Assembly (NCBI GenBank): GCA_903880015.1
Contig: CAIRNS010000002.1
Location: 82,867-146,866, forward strand
Length of the DNA: 64,000 nt
Reading direction: 5' to 3'
From: an uncultured Elusimicrobia bacterium
GTDB lineage: Bacteria > Elusimicrobiota > Endomicrobiia > Endomicrobiales > CAIRNS01
A program made the translations under genes and the position numbers. The stretch's first letter is position 1. Each line of letters opens with the position of its first letter. Shown here piece after piece: positions 9,249 through 21,405 of this stretch. The notes below the pieces were generated by a model. It was not told the origin of the DNA, did not search any database, and worked only from the letters and a program-made list of their open reading frames with translations.

Positions 9249-9909
9249 AATAGAAATAGAAGCCAAAACCGTTGAAGATGCGATCCAGGACGGATTGACT
9301 AAGCTCGGCATTTCCCGGGAAAAAGTCGATATTAAGATATTAAACGACGGCAGCGCCGGACTCTTCGGACTGAAGGGGAATAAACCCGCGCGGGTACGCC
9401 TGGTAACGAAAACCGGCATCGGGGGAACTGATGATGCGGTTCTGGATTATCCGCTCGCCGAGAAAACGGCTATTGCCGTGGTTTCTCAGATACTGACATT
9501 GATGGAAGTATCCTTCAGCGATGTTGCCGTCTCGCTCATGGCCGGCAGGATAACGGTCGCCATCAAAAGCGACGAAAGCGCTCTGCTTATCGGCAAAACC
9601 GGACAGACGATTGACGCACTGGAACATATCGTCAATTTGATGTTGAGCAAAGACCCCACCACGCGCGTCAAGGTAACGATTGACATTGACCGTTTTCGCG
9701 GCAGGCAGGAAGAAAAACTTCACACTATCGCCGCGGCAGCTGCCGCTGAGGTAAAACGCTCCGGCACGATATATCGGTTCGACCCGATGTCCTCCGTCGA
9801 ACGCCGCATTATCCATGTTTATTTACAAGCCGACACGGAAATCGAAACCGCCTCTGAAGGCGACGGCTCTTTTCGCCGCGTCGTCATTAAGCCCAAGAAT
9901 ACCCCGTAA
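9241..9909 (+). CDS. jag: Jag/KhpB RNA-binding protein (Jag_N, KH and R3H domains)
   Basis: The MAEIEIEAKTVEDAIQDGLTKLG N-terminal domain, and a C-terminal R3H-type ERRIIHVYLQ motif. GGAGGTG RBS. 8-nt overlap with the yidC stop. Confidence 0.85.
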   Translation: MAEIEIEAKTVEDAIQDGLTKLGISREKVDIKILNDGSAGLFGLKGNKPARVRLVTKTGIGGTDDAVLDYPLAEKTAIAVVSQILTLMEVSFSDVAVSLMAGRITVAIKSDESALLIGKTGQTIDALEHIVNLMLSKDPTTRVKVTIDIDRFRGRQEEKLHTIAAAAAAEVKRSGTIYRFDPMSSVERRIIHVYLQADTEIETASEGDGSFRRVVIKPKNTP

Positions 9910-9920
9910 CCCCTTCCCCT

Positions 9921-11303
9921 ATGTCTTATGCCGTCGATGATACCATTGTTGCCATTGCTACCGCCCGCGGGGCTGCCGGCATCGGCGTTATCCGCCTATG
10001 CGGCCCCGGTGCACTGACTATTCTCAGCAATATATTCCGTCCTTCACCTGTATTTTCTTTGCCCGATTGGCCCTCACACACCTCCCATCACGGAAGAATT
10101 ACCGACAAGGATACCGTTGTCGATGAAGTGCTCGTCACTTATTTTAAAACACCGGCATCATATACCGGCGACGACACCATTGAAGTTTCCGCGCACGGCA
10201 GTGCGGTAATCCTGGATACAATCCTGCATCTCTGCTGTGCCGGCGGCGCACGATTGGCACAGCCCGGCGAATTTACTTTCCGGGCGTTCGCCAACGGAAA
10301 AATGGACCTCGCCGAAGCCGAAGCGGTGGCTGATATCATCGCCGCCAAAACCACGCGAGCAGCGGCGTCTGCCGTCCGCCAACTTCAGGGCGGATTGTCG
10401 CATACCATCGAAGCGTGGCGCAAAAAACTGGTAGACCTGCTTTCCGCCATCGAAGTTTCTCTGGACTACGGCGACGAGAATATCCGCTTCCTGCACCCGA
10501 ACGAAATCCGTGACCGCATAAAAGCCCTGTGCGCCGACATCGACATTCTGCTGGCCACCGCCGCTAAAGGCATGTTGTTGAGAAACGGCCTGCGCGTATC
10601 TATCGCCGGCGCCCCGAATGTCGGCAAATCGTCCCTCTTAAACGCTCTTTTAGCACGGGACCGCGCCATTGTATCAGACATTGCCGGCACCACCCGGGAT
10701 GTTATCGAAGAACTTCTGGATATCCAAGGGATCCCCGTCGTCATCACCGACACCGCGGGCCTGCGGGAACACACCACCGACCCCCTTGAAAAACACAGCC
10801 ACGAACGCACCACCCGTGCGCTTAAAACCGCCGATATCATCCTGTGGCTGACCGACACCAGTCGCCCCCTGTCGCCCGCAGACATGTATGTCCGTGATGC
10901 ACTCAAACAGTATCCCGCAAAAATAATCCCCGTCGGCAACAAAAGCGATCTCCCACAGTGCGAAGGGATTATTCCCGCCCTGCGAATCTCCACCAAAACC
11001 GGCGCGGGGATAAAAGATCTCGAAACCGCCATCGTCGCCACTGCCAACGCCGCCACCCCCGATTCCGGAGAACCGCTATTGACCAGCACCCGTCACCAAG
11101 ACGCCCTTCTCCGCACTCAGCGCGCCCTCAATGTAGCACTGACCATCGGTAATCACTCTGCCTCTCAAGAAACTGACAGCGAAGAAGTCCTGGTTGCCGA
11201 ACATTTGCGCCAAGCCCTGCGCGCCCTCGGTGAAATCACCGGCGCCACCACACCCGAAGATATCCTGGCAAACATTTTTTCCCGCTTTTGCGTCGGCAAG
11301 TAA
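9921..11303 (+). CDS. mnmE: tRNA modification GTPase MnmE/TrmE
   Basis: DTIVAIAT N-terminus, G1 GAPNVGKSSLLN, G3 DTAGLR, and the C-terminal CVGK tetrapeptide. Confidence 0.95.
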   Translation: MSYAVDDTIVAIATARGAAGIGVIRLCGPGALTILSNIFRPSPVFSLPDWPSHTSHHGRITDKDTVVDEVLVTYFKTPASYTGDDTIEVSAHGSAVILDTILHLCCAGGARLAQPGEFTFRAFANGKMDLAEAEAVADIIAAKTTRAAASAVRQLQGGLSHTIEAWRKKLVDLLSAIEVSLDYGDENIRFLHPNEIRDRIKALCADIDILLATAAKGMLLRNGLRVSIAGAPNVGKSSLLNALLARDRAIVSDIAGTTRDVIEELLDIQGIPVVITDTAGLREHTTDPLEKHSHERTTRALKTADIILWLTDTSRPLSPADMYVRDALKQYPAKIIPVGNKSDLPQCEGIIPALRISTKTGAGIKDLETAIVATANAATPDSGEPLLTSTRHQDALLRTQRALNVALTIGNHSASQETDSEEVLVAEHLRQALRALGEITGATTPEDILANIFSRFCVGK

Positions 11304-11358
11304 AGGTAGCGGGGCTATGCCCCTGCACCCCTATTAACTTTTCTTTTGCTTGTACAAA

Positions 11359-11391
11359 TTGACATTATAGCGTTATGATGTTATAATGTCA
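11359..11391 (+). promoter_or_regulatory. Consensus promoter overlapping a 10-bp inverted repeat (putative toxin-antitoxin operator)
   Basis: TTGACA (11359-11364), a 17-nt spacer, then TATAAT (11382-11387). TGACATTATA (11360-11369) is the exact reverse complement of TATAATGTCA (11382-11391). Confidence 0.55.
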
Positions 11392-11404
11392 TAAGGGGGA
11401 ACAC

Positions 11405-11638
11405 ATGAAAGACAATATCCGCAGAACAACCATTTATCTTGATGAGCAATTACATCATGCCTTACATATTAAATCTATTGAAACGAGACACTCCGTTTCC
11501 GATATCATAAGCGAATCGATAAAATACTCCCTTGCTGAAGATGCGGCAGATTACGCAGCGTTGGAAGACAGAAAGAATGAACCGGCAATAACATTCGCGA
11601 ATGTGCTGAAAAATTTAAAGAAAAATGGCAAAATATAG
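11405..11638 (+). CDS. Ribbon-helix-helix antitoxin (type II TA system)
   Basis: 77 aa. RTTIYLDEQLHHALHIKSIETRHSVSDIISESI fits an RHH fold pattern. It overlaps the downstream toxin gene by 14 nt. Confidence 0.7.
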   Translation: MKDNIRRTTIYLDEQLHHALHIKSIETRHSVSDIISESIKYSLAEDAADYAALEDRKNEPAITFANVLKNLKKNGKI

Positions 11639-11885
11639 CATAGTCATTAAAAAATCCGCCGCAAAAGAACTCGCGAAGATCCCCCGCCACGACCTTCGAC
11701 GAATACTCAGCAAAATCCAGGACTTATTCACGACCCCGCGCCCTCCCGGCGCGCAAAAGTTTGCACATTTCGAACTATACCGCATCAGACAAGGCAATTA
11801 TCGAATAGTCTACACAATCAATAACACAACCATAGAAATCCACATCATAAAAATCGGCCACCGCAGAGACATATATAATTTTTGA
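11625..11885 (+). CDS. RelE/ParE family toxin (type II TA system)
   Basis: 86 aa. YSIVIKKSAAKELAKIP...LYRIRQGNYRIVYTINNTTIEIHIIKIGHRRDIY is the typical RelE/StbE pattern. Confidence 0.8.
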   Translation: MAKYSIVIKKSAAKELAKIPRHDLRRILSKIQDLFTTPRPPGAQKFAHFELYRIRQGNYRIVYTINNTTIEIHIIKIGHRRDIYNF

Positions 11886-11970
11886 CCCACAAAAAAGCTG
11901 TTGACTCACCCCCATTGGGTTCTGGCGCGCAGGGGGAGCAACCCCCGCGACGGTGAAGTAATAAAAGAGC

Positions 11971-12006
11971 AAACCATATCCCCGATAAAACATTTCGGGG
12001 ATGACA
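11971..12006 (+). repeat. REP-like intergenic hairpin repeat, copy 1
   Basis: AAACCATATCCCCGATAAAACATTTCGGGGATGAC. The stem is ATCCCCGA/TCGGGGAT. A second copy lies in inverse orientation at 15686-15720. Confidence 0.5.
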
Positions 12007-12050
12007 ATGGACAATGACAACAAACATAGAACGGGAGCCGTTAATAACCC

Positions 12051-12854
12051 ATGAGACAACCCTTCGGTCAAAACTTTTTATCAGATAAACGAATCGCCCT
12101 GCGCATCCTCGCCGCCGCAGGCATCACCCCCACAGACACGGTTATCGAAATCGGCCCCGGCAAGGGCATCCTCACTGATCTTTTGGCCCCCGCCGCCGCG
12201 CGCCTGGTAGCTGTCGAAATCGACCGCGACCTCGCAGGCACCCTAAACCGCCGCTTTGTCCATGCCCCCCAGGTCGCGATTCTCAACGCCGACTTCCTCC
12301 AGCTGGACAATACTGCTCTCGGCGACTGTAGCGACCCCGTCTATGTATCCAACCTCCCTTATAATGTCTCAACAGCAATAATTGAAAAAATACTGACCGC
12401 TGGCCGATGGAAATCTGCCGTATTCATGGTGCAAAAAGAAGTGGCGGACCGCATCACCGCCGCGCACGGCACCTCCGCCTACGGCGCATATTCGGTATTC
12501 TGCCAATACTTTGCCGATATAGAATTGTTGTTTAAGGTCCCACCGTCCTGCTTCCTACCCCCGCCAAAAGTTGATTCCGCAGTTATCCGTTTTACCAACA
12601 AGCACGCGCCAGAACCAGACAAACACCTTTTCCCGATTGTTCGGTACTGTTTCCAGCATAAGCGCAAAATGATTGCCAACTCGCTGGAACGCAGTACGGG
12701 CATCGCAAAAGAGGAGATTTTGCGCTGCCTTGAGATTGCCGGAATCCCGCCAACCAGCCGCGCCCAGCAATTGCCGCTGGAATGCTTTCTTTCCTTGACT
12801 AAAATATTAGAAATATGTACAATAACCTCAGACGGTAATCAGACCAAAAAATAA
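12051..12854 (+). CDS. rsmA: 16S rRNA (adenine1518/1519-N6)-dimethyltransferase RsmA/KsgA
   Basis: FGQNFLSDKRI N-terminus, SAM motif VIEIGPGKGILT, and SNLPYNVST. Confidence 0.9.
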   Translation: MRQPFGQNFLSDKRIALRILAAAGITPTDTVIEIGPGKGILTDLLAPAAARLVAVEIDRDLAGTLNRRFVHAPQVAILNADFLQLDNTALGDCSDPVYVSNLPYNVSTAIIEKILTAGRWKSAVFMVQKEVADRITAAHGTSAYGAYSVFCQYFADIELLFKVPPSCFLPPPKVDSAVIRFTNKHAPEPDKHLFPIVRYCFQHKRKMIANSLERSTGIAKEEILRCLEIAGIPPTSRAQQLPLECFLSLTKILEICTITSDGNQTKK

Positions 12855-12916
12855 AACTTGGTAAAAGAAGCATAGTAAACGAACGAAAAAATCAGGTTTT
12901 ACTACTTATTAACAAT

Positions 12917-12937
12917 TGTGGATAAGTTTGGGGATAA
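12917..12937 (+). promoter_or_regulatory. DnaA boxes immediately upstream of dnaA
   Basis: TGTGGATAA (12917-12925) is the perfect complement of TTATCCACA. TGGGGATAA (12929-12937) has 1 mismatch. A third box, GGTGGATAA, lies at 12974-12982 just inside dnaA. Confidence 0.7.
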
Positions 12938-12941
12938 CTAA

Positions 12942-14306
12942 ATGTACAATGTGGAAGAAGTATGGAAAAAGACGGTGGATAACTTGCGCCAGCACATGGT
13001 GCAGGAGGCCTTTAGTTTGTGGATTCAGCCGCTAAAACCGCTTTCTCTGCTCAACGATATATTCACCCTCCAGGTGCCCAATAAATATTTTTCCGACTGG
13101 CTTAAAAATAATCAGCAGGAATCGATTGAAAAGTTTTTAAGCGAAGAAATTCAGCGAACCGTAACACTGCAGTGTCAGGAAGTACAGGACTTGACATCAA
13201 TATTAAAGAAGGTTGAAGACATACAAGAGCCCACCGAGGCGCCGGCGCCGGCAAAAACACCTACCGAAGATCAATTTAATCCGCGCTACACATTCGACCG
13301 CTTTGTCGTCGGTGCATCCAATCGCTTTGCCCAGGCGTCTTGTGAAGCGGTGGCCAAAGACCCGGGCCGCCAATTCAATCCACTCTTCATTTACGGCGGC
13401 GTGGGACTGGGAAAAACGCATTTGCTCCACGCTATCGGCAATCTAATCAGAAAAAATAATCCGTCACTGCGCGTGCTGTATGTTTCCAGCGAAAAGTTCA
13501 TCAACGAATTCATCGATTCCCTGCGTTTTGACAAACCGTCTTCGTTTCGCAACAAATACCGCACGATCGACTGCCTGCTCATCGACGACATCCAGTTTTT
13601 GGCTGACAAGCAAAGTTCTCAGGAAGAATTTTTTTACACATTCAATACCCTCTACGATTCTCATAAACAGATTATCATAACCTCTGACCGGCCGCCCAAG
13701 GAGCTCCCGAATCTGGAGACACGCCTTATTTCCCGCTTCGAGTGGGGCGTCATCGCCGACATACAACCACCGGATATCGAAACCCGCATCGCCATTTTGC
13801 GCAAAAAAGCGGAAGATGAAAAACTGTATATCCCCGATGATGTTGTTTTGTATATCGCCACGCAGGTTAAATCCAATATCCGGGAATTAGAGGGCTCACT
13901 CTTGCGCATAACTGCGTTCTCCGCTTTTACCGGTACGCCACTGACCGTTGATTCCGTCCAAAAAATATTAAAAGATGTCGTCCGCCCGCCGGAAAACGCG
14001 CAACTGATAACCATCAACCGTATTCAAAAGGTGGTCGCCAGCCATTTTAATCTCGACCTCAGAGACATGAAATCAAAGCGCCGCACGGACGCCGTCGCGT
14101 TCCCGCGCCAGATTGCCATGTATCTGGCGCGCACATTGACAGATGAATTTTCTACCAGCCAGATAGGCGACGAATTCGGCGGCAAAGACCATACGACCGT
14201 TATGCATGCGTGCAACAAGATCAAAGGACGCATGGCAACAGACCCGTATTTCGTTGCAAAAGTAAATCAAATCAGCCAGGATATCCGGTCAGAAAAAGAA
14301 TTTTAA
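12942..14306 (+). CDS. dnaA: Chromosomal replication initiator protein DnaA
   Basis: Walker A GGVGLGKTHLLHAIGN, the AAA+ core, and the C-terminal DNA-binding domain (FGGKDHTTVMHACNKI). Confidence 0.97.
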   Translation: MYNVEEVWKKTVDNLRQHMVQEAFSLWIQPLKPLSLLNDIFTLQVPNKYFSDWLKNNQQESIEKFLSEEIQRTVTLQCQEVQDLTSILKKVEDIQEPTEAPAPAKTPTEDQFNPRYTFDRFVVGASNRFAQASCEAVAKDPGRQFNPLFIYGGVGLGKTHLLHAIGNLIRKNNPSLRVLYVSSEKFINEFIDSLRFDKPSSFRNKYRTIDCLLIDDIQFLADKQSSQEEFFYTFNTLYDSHKQIIITSDRPPKELPNLETRLISRFEWGVIADIQPPDIETRIAILRKKAEDEKLYIPDDVVLYIATQVKSNIRELEGSLLRITAFSAFTGTPLTVDSVQKILKDVVRPPENAQLITINRIQKVVASHFNLDLRDMKSKRRTDAVAFPRQIAMYLARTLTDEFSTSQIGDEFGGKDHTTVMHACNKIKGRMATDPYFVAKVNQISQDIRSEKEF

Positions 14307-14565
14307 ATCACCGGAATATGCGACTGTACAGATGACAAGATGTGCGTTAATAACATTCTCAAAGAGCGCCCGGATGCCGTATAATATTGTTTTTTGTTGA
14401 TGGACTGTATAAAGCGGATAGGTTATCAACCGCATCGTTAACACTAAGTTTTTTTGATTTATGGCTGATTTTTCAATTTGTTTATTTTCATTATTACTTC
14501 ATACACACCATACAGTGTGACTACGGCTACTACGACTATTTTCTTATTAAAAAGGGAGGAAGCAG
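14307..14565. other. AT-rich dnaA-dnaN spacer; weak candidate for an oriC/DNA-unwinding element
   Basis: 259 bp, non-coding, with very AT-rich stretches (TTTTTTTGATTTATGGCTGATTTTTCAATTTGTTTATTTTCATTATTAC). Only degenerate DnaA-box-like words (TTATCAACC) are present. Confidence 0.3.
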
Positions 14566-15672
14566 ATGAAGGTCATTTGTGGAAAAGAAGAACTTATTAA
14601 AGGTACACAGATTGTTCAAACCGTTGTTTCTCCCCGCAGCACGCTGCCCATTTTGTCTAATTTTCTTTTTGAAACAGAAGGAACGATCATTAAATTATCT
14701 TCTACAGATTTAGAAGTAGGGGTTACTTGTTTTATAAAAGGAGAAATTGTTAAAGAGGGAAGTATAACTATTCCCGCAAAACGGTTCTCTGATATTATAA
14801 AAGAACTACCCAGTGACAGCACTATTGAGATCCGCGTAGATGAATCAAATCAAATCACCATTAAAAGCGGGAAATCGCGGTTTACATTAATGGGGTTGCC
14901 AAAATCAGATTATCCCGTACTACCTAAATTTCCTGAAGATAAAACATTCAAAATTAAAAAATCTATTCTCAAAACACTACTTCGCTCGACTATATTTGCT
15001 GTTTCAACCGATGAAACACGCTATGTGCTTAACGGCGTCTATCTTACCGCAGAAAACGGGACTATACGGTTTGTTTCCACCGATGGTCGCCGGCTTGCCC
15101 TAATGTCGCGCGATGTTCTTGACAAGAAACTTCAGTACGGCGCCATTATCCCCACGAAAGCAATCAATGAAGTCCAGCGGATCATCGCCGGTGATGATAA
15201 AGACGACGAAGTGACCATTGGGATTACGGAAAATCAAGTCGCGTTTCAAATTGGAACAGTAACCATTATCTCCCGGTTAATAGAAGGATCATTCCCCAAT
15301 TACGACCAGGTTATTCCCAAGAAACACGAAATTCAGGTTACGTTAGGTGTGAAAGAAACATTGTCAGCTGTCCGCCAGATGGCATTGCTTGCCGCCGACA
15401 AATCGTCGTCAATAAAGTTTTTCTTCGGCAAGAACATGCTGCGGGTGTCGGCGTCGGCGCAGGGGCTCGGATCCGGCGAAGTTGAAATGGATATCGAGTA
15501 CAGTGGCGGGAATTTGGAAATCGCGTTTAACCCGATATTCCTTATGGATATATTAAAAAATGTCGACGATACGCAGGTAATTTTTAATTTGACCAACTCG
15601 CTGAACCCGGCGCTTATCACGCCGATCAACGATAAAAATTATCTCTGCGTAGTCATGCCGATGAGAATCTAA
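14566..15672 (+). CDS. dnaN: DNA polymerase III beta sliding clamp
   Basis: 368 aa. ILSNFLFE, the three-domain length, PNYDQVIP, and a C-terminal MPMRI-type tail. GGAGGA RBS. Confidence 0.95.
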   Translation: MKVICGKEELIKGTQIVQTVVSPRSTLPILSNFLFETEGTIIKLSSTDLEVGVTCFIKGEIVKEGSITIPAKRFSDIIKELPSDSTIEIRVDESNQITIKSGKSRFTLMGLPKSDYPVLPKFPEDKTFKIKKSILKTLLRSTIFAVSTDETRYVLNGVYLTAENGTIRFVSTDGRRLALMSRDVLDKKLQYGAIIPTKAINEVQRIIAGDDKDDEVTIGITENQVAFQIGTVTIISRLIEGSFPNYDQVIPKKHEIQVTLGVKETLSAVRQMALLAADKSSSIKFFFGKNMLRVSASAQGLGSGEVEMDIEYSGGNLEIAFNPIFLMDILKNVDDTQVIFNLTNSLNPALITPINDKNYLCVVMPMRI

Positions 15673-15685
15673 TCTTTACTAGTAC

Positions 15686-15720
15686 GTCATCCCCGAATGG
15701 TGGTATTGGGGATATGGTTT
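15686..15720 (-). repeat. REP-like intergenic hairpin repeat, copy 2 (inverted relative to copy 1)
   Basis: The reverse complement AAACCATATCCCCAATACCACCATTCGGGGATGAC shares both arms and both flanks with 11971-12006. Confidence 0.5.
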
Positions 15721-15806
15721 TGATTTCAATAAGTAAACACCACCACCATATTCCCGATACCCCCCCGCGGGAATGACAGGCGTGACAGCGGGATTAATTT
15801 TACTTT

Positions 15807-16103
15807 ATGGCTTTTACTGAATCAAGCGCTATTATTGAAGCACTTAAGCGGCACTTAGGGCTGGATGAAAACATAGCGACCGTTATACAGATATGGGAAC
15901 GGGAGATGGGTGCGCAGGCGCGGCATGTGAAGTTGGCGGGGTTTAAAAAGGGGCAGCTGATAGTGGATGTTTCGTCGAGCGCGCACGTGCAGGACATTAC
16001 CCTGCGGCGCCGGGAAATTATCAATAAAATTAATCAGTATTTCGGCGGAACGAAGATAGTTAAGAGTATTAAAGTCCAGCTGGAAACACAGACCGAGTCA
16101 TAA
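15807..16103 (+). CDS. DUF721/DciA-like protein
   Basis: 98 aa. The pattern IWEREMG...HVKLAGFKKGQLIVDVSSSAHVQDITLRRREIINKIN and the position between dnaN and gyrB are typical of DUF721. Confidence 0.65.
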   Translation: MAFTESSAIIEALKRHLGLDENIATVIQIWEREMGAQARHVKLAGFKKGQLIVDVSSSAHVQDITLRRREIINKINQYFGGTKIVKSIKVQLETQTES

Positions 16104-18581
<2,478 letters not shown>

Positions 18582-18651
18582 AAATATTCCCGGCAGGGGC
18601 GAGCCGTGCGGCCGCCCACATAGTCAAGACAGAGCGTAAAGCGAGGAAAAA

Positions 18652-21159
18652 ATGGCAGACGAAAAAGTTCCCCCAACCCTTCCCGAAGTGCCCCTTAATC
18701 CGAATATTTCACCGCGCAATATCGAAGACGAGATGAAGACATCGTATATCGACTATTCAATGAGCGTCATTGTCGGTCGCGCTCTGCCGGATGTGCGCGA
18801 CGGACTTAAGCCCGTTCATCGGCGGATACTCTTTACGATGAAAGAAATGGGCATGCGTTACAACACGGCATATAAGAAATCCGCCCGCGTCGTCGGCGAT
18901 GTGCTGGGTAAATACCACCCGCACGGCGATTCCTCCGTGTATGAAGCCATTGTGCGCATGGTGCAAAGTTTTTCGTTGCGGTATCCCCTGATAGACGGAC
19001 AGGGAAATTTCGGTTCCATCGACGGCGACTCTGCAGCGGCCATGCGGTATACCGAAGTGCGCCTTAAGGCCATAGCGGATGAAATGCTGGCCGACCTTGA
19101 TAAAGACACAGTAAATTTCACCCCCAACTACGACGGATCTCTTGAAGAGCCGACTGTCCTTCCGGCGCGGTACCCGAACCTTTTGGTCAACGGCTCGACC
19201 GGTATTGCAGTCGGTATGGCGACCAACATCCCGACGCATAACCTGACGGAAGTCATCGATGGCACCGTCGCCTACATAGACAATCCTGATGTGACCATAG
19301 CGGACCTGATGAAGCACATTAAGGGCCCCGATTTTCCGACTGCCGGGTTCATTTACGGCAAAGCCGGCATCAAGAGTTATTGCGAGACCGGTCGTGGTTC
19401 AATCATCATGCGCGCCAAAGCCGAAATTGAGGAAATGAAAGGCAATCGCGAAGCAATCATCATCAACGAACTGCCGTACCAGGTCAATAAAGCCCAGTTG
19501 ATAGAAAATATAGCCAACCTTGTCCGCGATAAAAAACTCGAGGGGATCAGCGACATCCGCGACGAATCAGACCGCGACGGGATCCGCGTAGTCATAGAAA
19601 TTAAACGCGACGGAAACGCCCAGATTGTTCTCAACCAGCTCTTTAAGCATACGCAGATGGAAGCCAGCTTCGGGGTTATCATGCTCGCGCTGGTCAACAA
19701 CAAGCCGCGCGTGCTCAACATCAAAGAAGTGATTCATTATTTTGTCGAACACCGGCGCGTCGTTATCGTTCGCCGTACGAAGTTCGAGCTTGCCAAGGCG
19801 GAAGCCCGGGCGCATATTCTGGAAGGCCTGAAAATCGCGCTGGACAATCTCGATGCCATTATAAAAACAATCAAAGAATCAGCGGACACCGATAGCGCCC
19901 GTACCCGCCTGATGGATAAATTCAAACTCTCGAAACTGCAAGCACAGGCTATACTCGACATGAAGCTCCAGCAGTTGACCGGTCTTGAACGCAATAAAAT
20001 CGAGCAGGAATACCTTGAACTGATTAAACTCATAGAGAAACTGCGCGGCATTCTAATTGACGACCGCAAGGTGCTCGCCATCATACGCGAAGAGCTGTTG
20101 CAGGTCAAAGAAAAATTTGGCGATACGCGCAAAACAAAGATATTGTCCCAGACCGCGGAAGATTATGCCGACGAAGATCTTATTCAGGAAGAAGATGTGG
20201 TGGTTACCCTGTCGCATGCGGGCTACATCAAACGCATTCCGGCGACAACCTATCGCTCGCAAAAACGCGGCGGCAAAGGGATAGCGGGCATGACTACGCG
20301 CGAAGACGATTTTGTCGAGTCGATGTTCGTCACCAGCACGCATGCCCATATGCTTATGTTTACCAGCAAGGGGCGGGTGCACTGGATACGCGTGTTTGAA
20401 ATTCCCGAAGGGAATCGGACTTCAAAAGGCAAGGCGATCGTCAATCTGCTGCAGATTGCTTCCAGCGACGAGAAAATTACTGCTGCAATCCCTATCCGGT
20501 CATTTGAAGAGGAAAAAGAGTCATACCTCTTCATGTGCACCAAGAACGGGACCATTAAAAAAACATCCCTGGCGGAATATGACAGCCCGCGCAAGGGCGG
20601 CATCATCGGTATAAATCTTGACGAAGGCGACAGCTTGATAGAAGTAAAACATACGCAGGGTGATTCGCATATCATCATCGCCACCAAGCGGGGCATAGCG
20701 ATACGGTTTAAAGAAGAAAATGCCCGTCCGATCGGACGCGTTGCGCGCGGCGTTCGCGGCATCAGTCTTGAAAAAGGCGACGAAGTGGTCGGCATGGAAG
20801 CGGTAACGGAAAAAGATATTATTCTGGCAGCGTGCGTTAACGGCCATGGAAAACGAAGCCAGGTTAGCGCATACCGTTTGCAGACGCGCGGCGGCAAGGG
20901 TGTGATAAATATCAAAACAACGGAACGCAACGGCCATGTTGTCGGCATAAAAAAAGCCAACGAAGGCGACGAAATAATGTTGATGACGGAGAAAGGCATT
21001 ACCATCCGTCAATCGGTGAAGGATGTTTCCATTATCGGACGCAACGCTCAGGGCGTGCGGCTGGTACGGCTTGATGAAGGCGACAAACTGGCGGCTATCG
21101 CCACCGTTGTTAAAGAAGACGATGCGATTGCTGATGCCGAGCAGCCAAGCGCGGAATAA
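18652..21159 (+). CDS. gyrA: DNA gyrase subunit A
   Basis: [11 protein letters not shown], the active-site AAMRYTE, a GyrA-box-like QKRGGKG, and C-terminal beta-pinwheel repeats. Confidence 0.97.
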   Translation: MADEKVPPTLPEVPLNPNISPRNIEDEMKTSYIDYSMSVIVGRALPDVRDGLKPVHRRILFTMKEMGMRYNTAYKKSARVVGDVLGKYHPHGDSSVYEAIVRMVQSFSLRYPLIDGQGNFGSIDGDSAAAMRYTEVRLKAIADEMLADLDKDTVNFTPNYDGSLEEPTVLPARYPNLLVNGSTGIAVGMATNIPTHNLTEVIDGTVAYIDNPDVTIADLMKHIKGPDFPTAGFIYGKAGIKSYCETGRGSIIMRAKAEIEEMKGNREAIIINELPYQVNKAQLIENIANLVRDKKLEGISDIRDESDRDGIRVVIEIKRDGNAQIVLNQLFKHTQMEASFGVIMLALVNNKPRVLNIKEVIHYFVEHRRVVIVRRTKFELAKAEARAHILEGLKIALDNLDAIIKTIKESADTDSARTRLMDKFKLSKLQAQAILDMKLQQLTGLERNKIEQEYLELIKLIEKLRGILIDDRKVLAIIREELLQVKEKFGDTRKTKILSQTAEDYADEDLIQEEDVVVTLSHAGYIKRIPATTYRSQKRGGKGIAGMTTREDDFVESMFVTSTHAHMLMFTSKGRVHWIRVFEIPEGNRTSKGKAIVNLLQIASSDEKITAAIPIRSFEEEKESYLFMCTKNGTIKKTSLAEYDSPRKGGIIGINLDEGDSLIEVKHTQGDSHIIIATKRGIAIRFKEENARPIGRVARGVRGISLEKGDEVVGMEAVTEKDIILAACVNGHGKRSQVSAYRLQTRGGKGVINIKTTERNGHVVGIKKANEGDEIMLMTEKGITIRQSVKDVSIIGRNAQGVRLVRLDEGDKLAAIATVVKEDDAIADAEQPSAE

Positions 21160-21405
21160 CAGTGCTTGAAGCGGCGCGATGAATAAATACCCATCGCCGC
21201 TGATGATGTGTGACTCAAAAAATGTATGATGAAACCCGTTAGTTCCATCAACGAACTGCCGCTGAGCGCGTGTAGCGCATCAATCTTTTTTTCTCTTCCC
21301 GAGATGTTCCTGCAAGACAATACTATTTTTCTACAGCGCACGGCCACACCCATTCCGGCACCTCTGTCGGCAGTGTCCGCCGTAAACGGCAAAAGGAATA
21401 TATAA

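Noticed and set aside
8877-9419. 180-aa minus-strand ORF spanning the yidC-jag junction
   Set aside because: It is antisense to two conserved genes and has no recognisable features.
21160-21405. 246-bp gyrA-folD spacer checked for ncRNA or a terminator
   Set aside because: It holds only an imperfect hairpin (GCGGCGCGATG...CATCGCCGC) without a T tract. Nothing is convincing.
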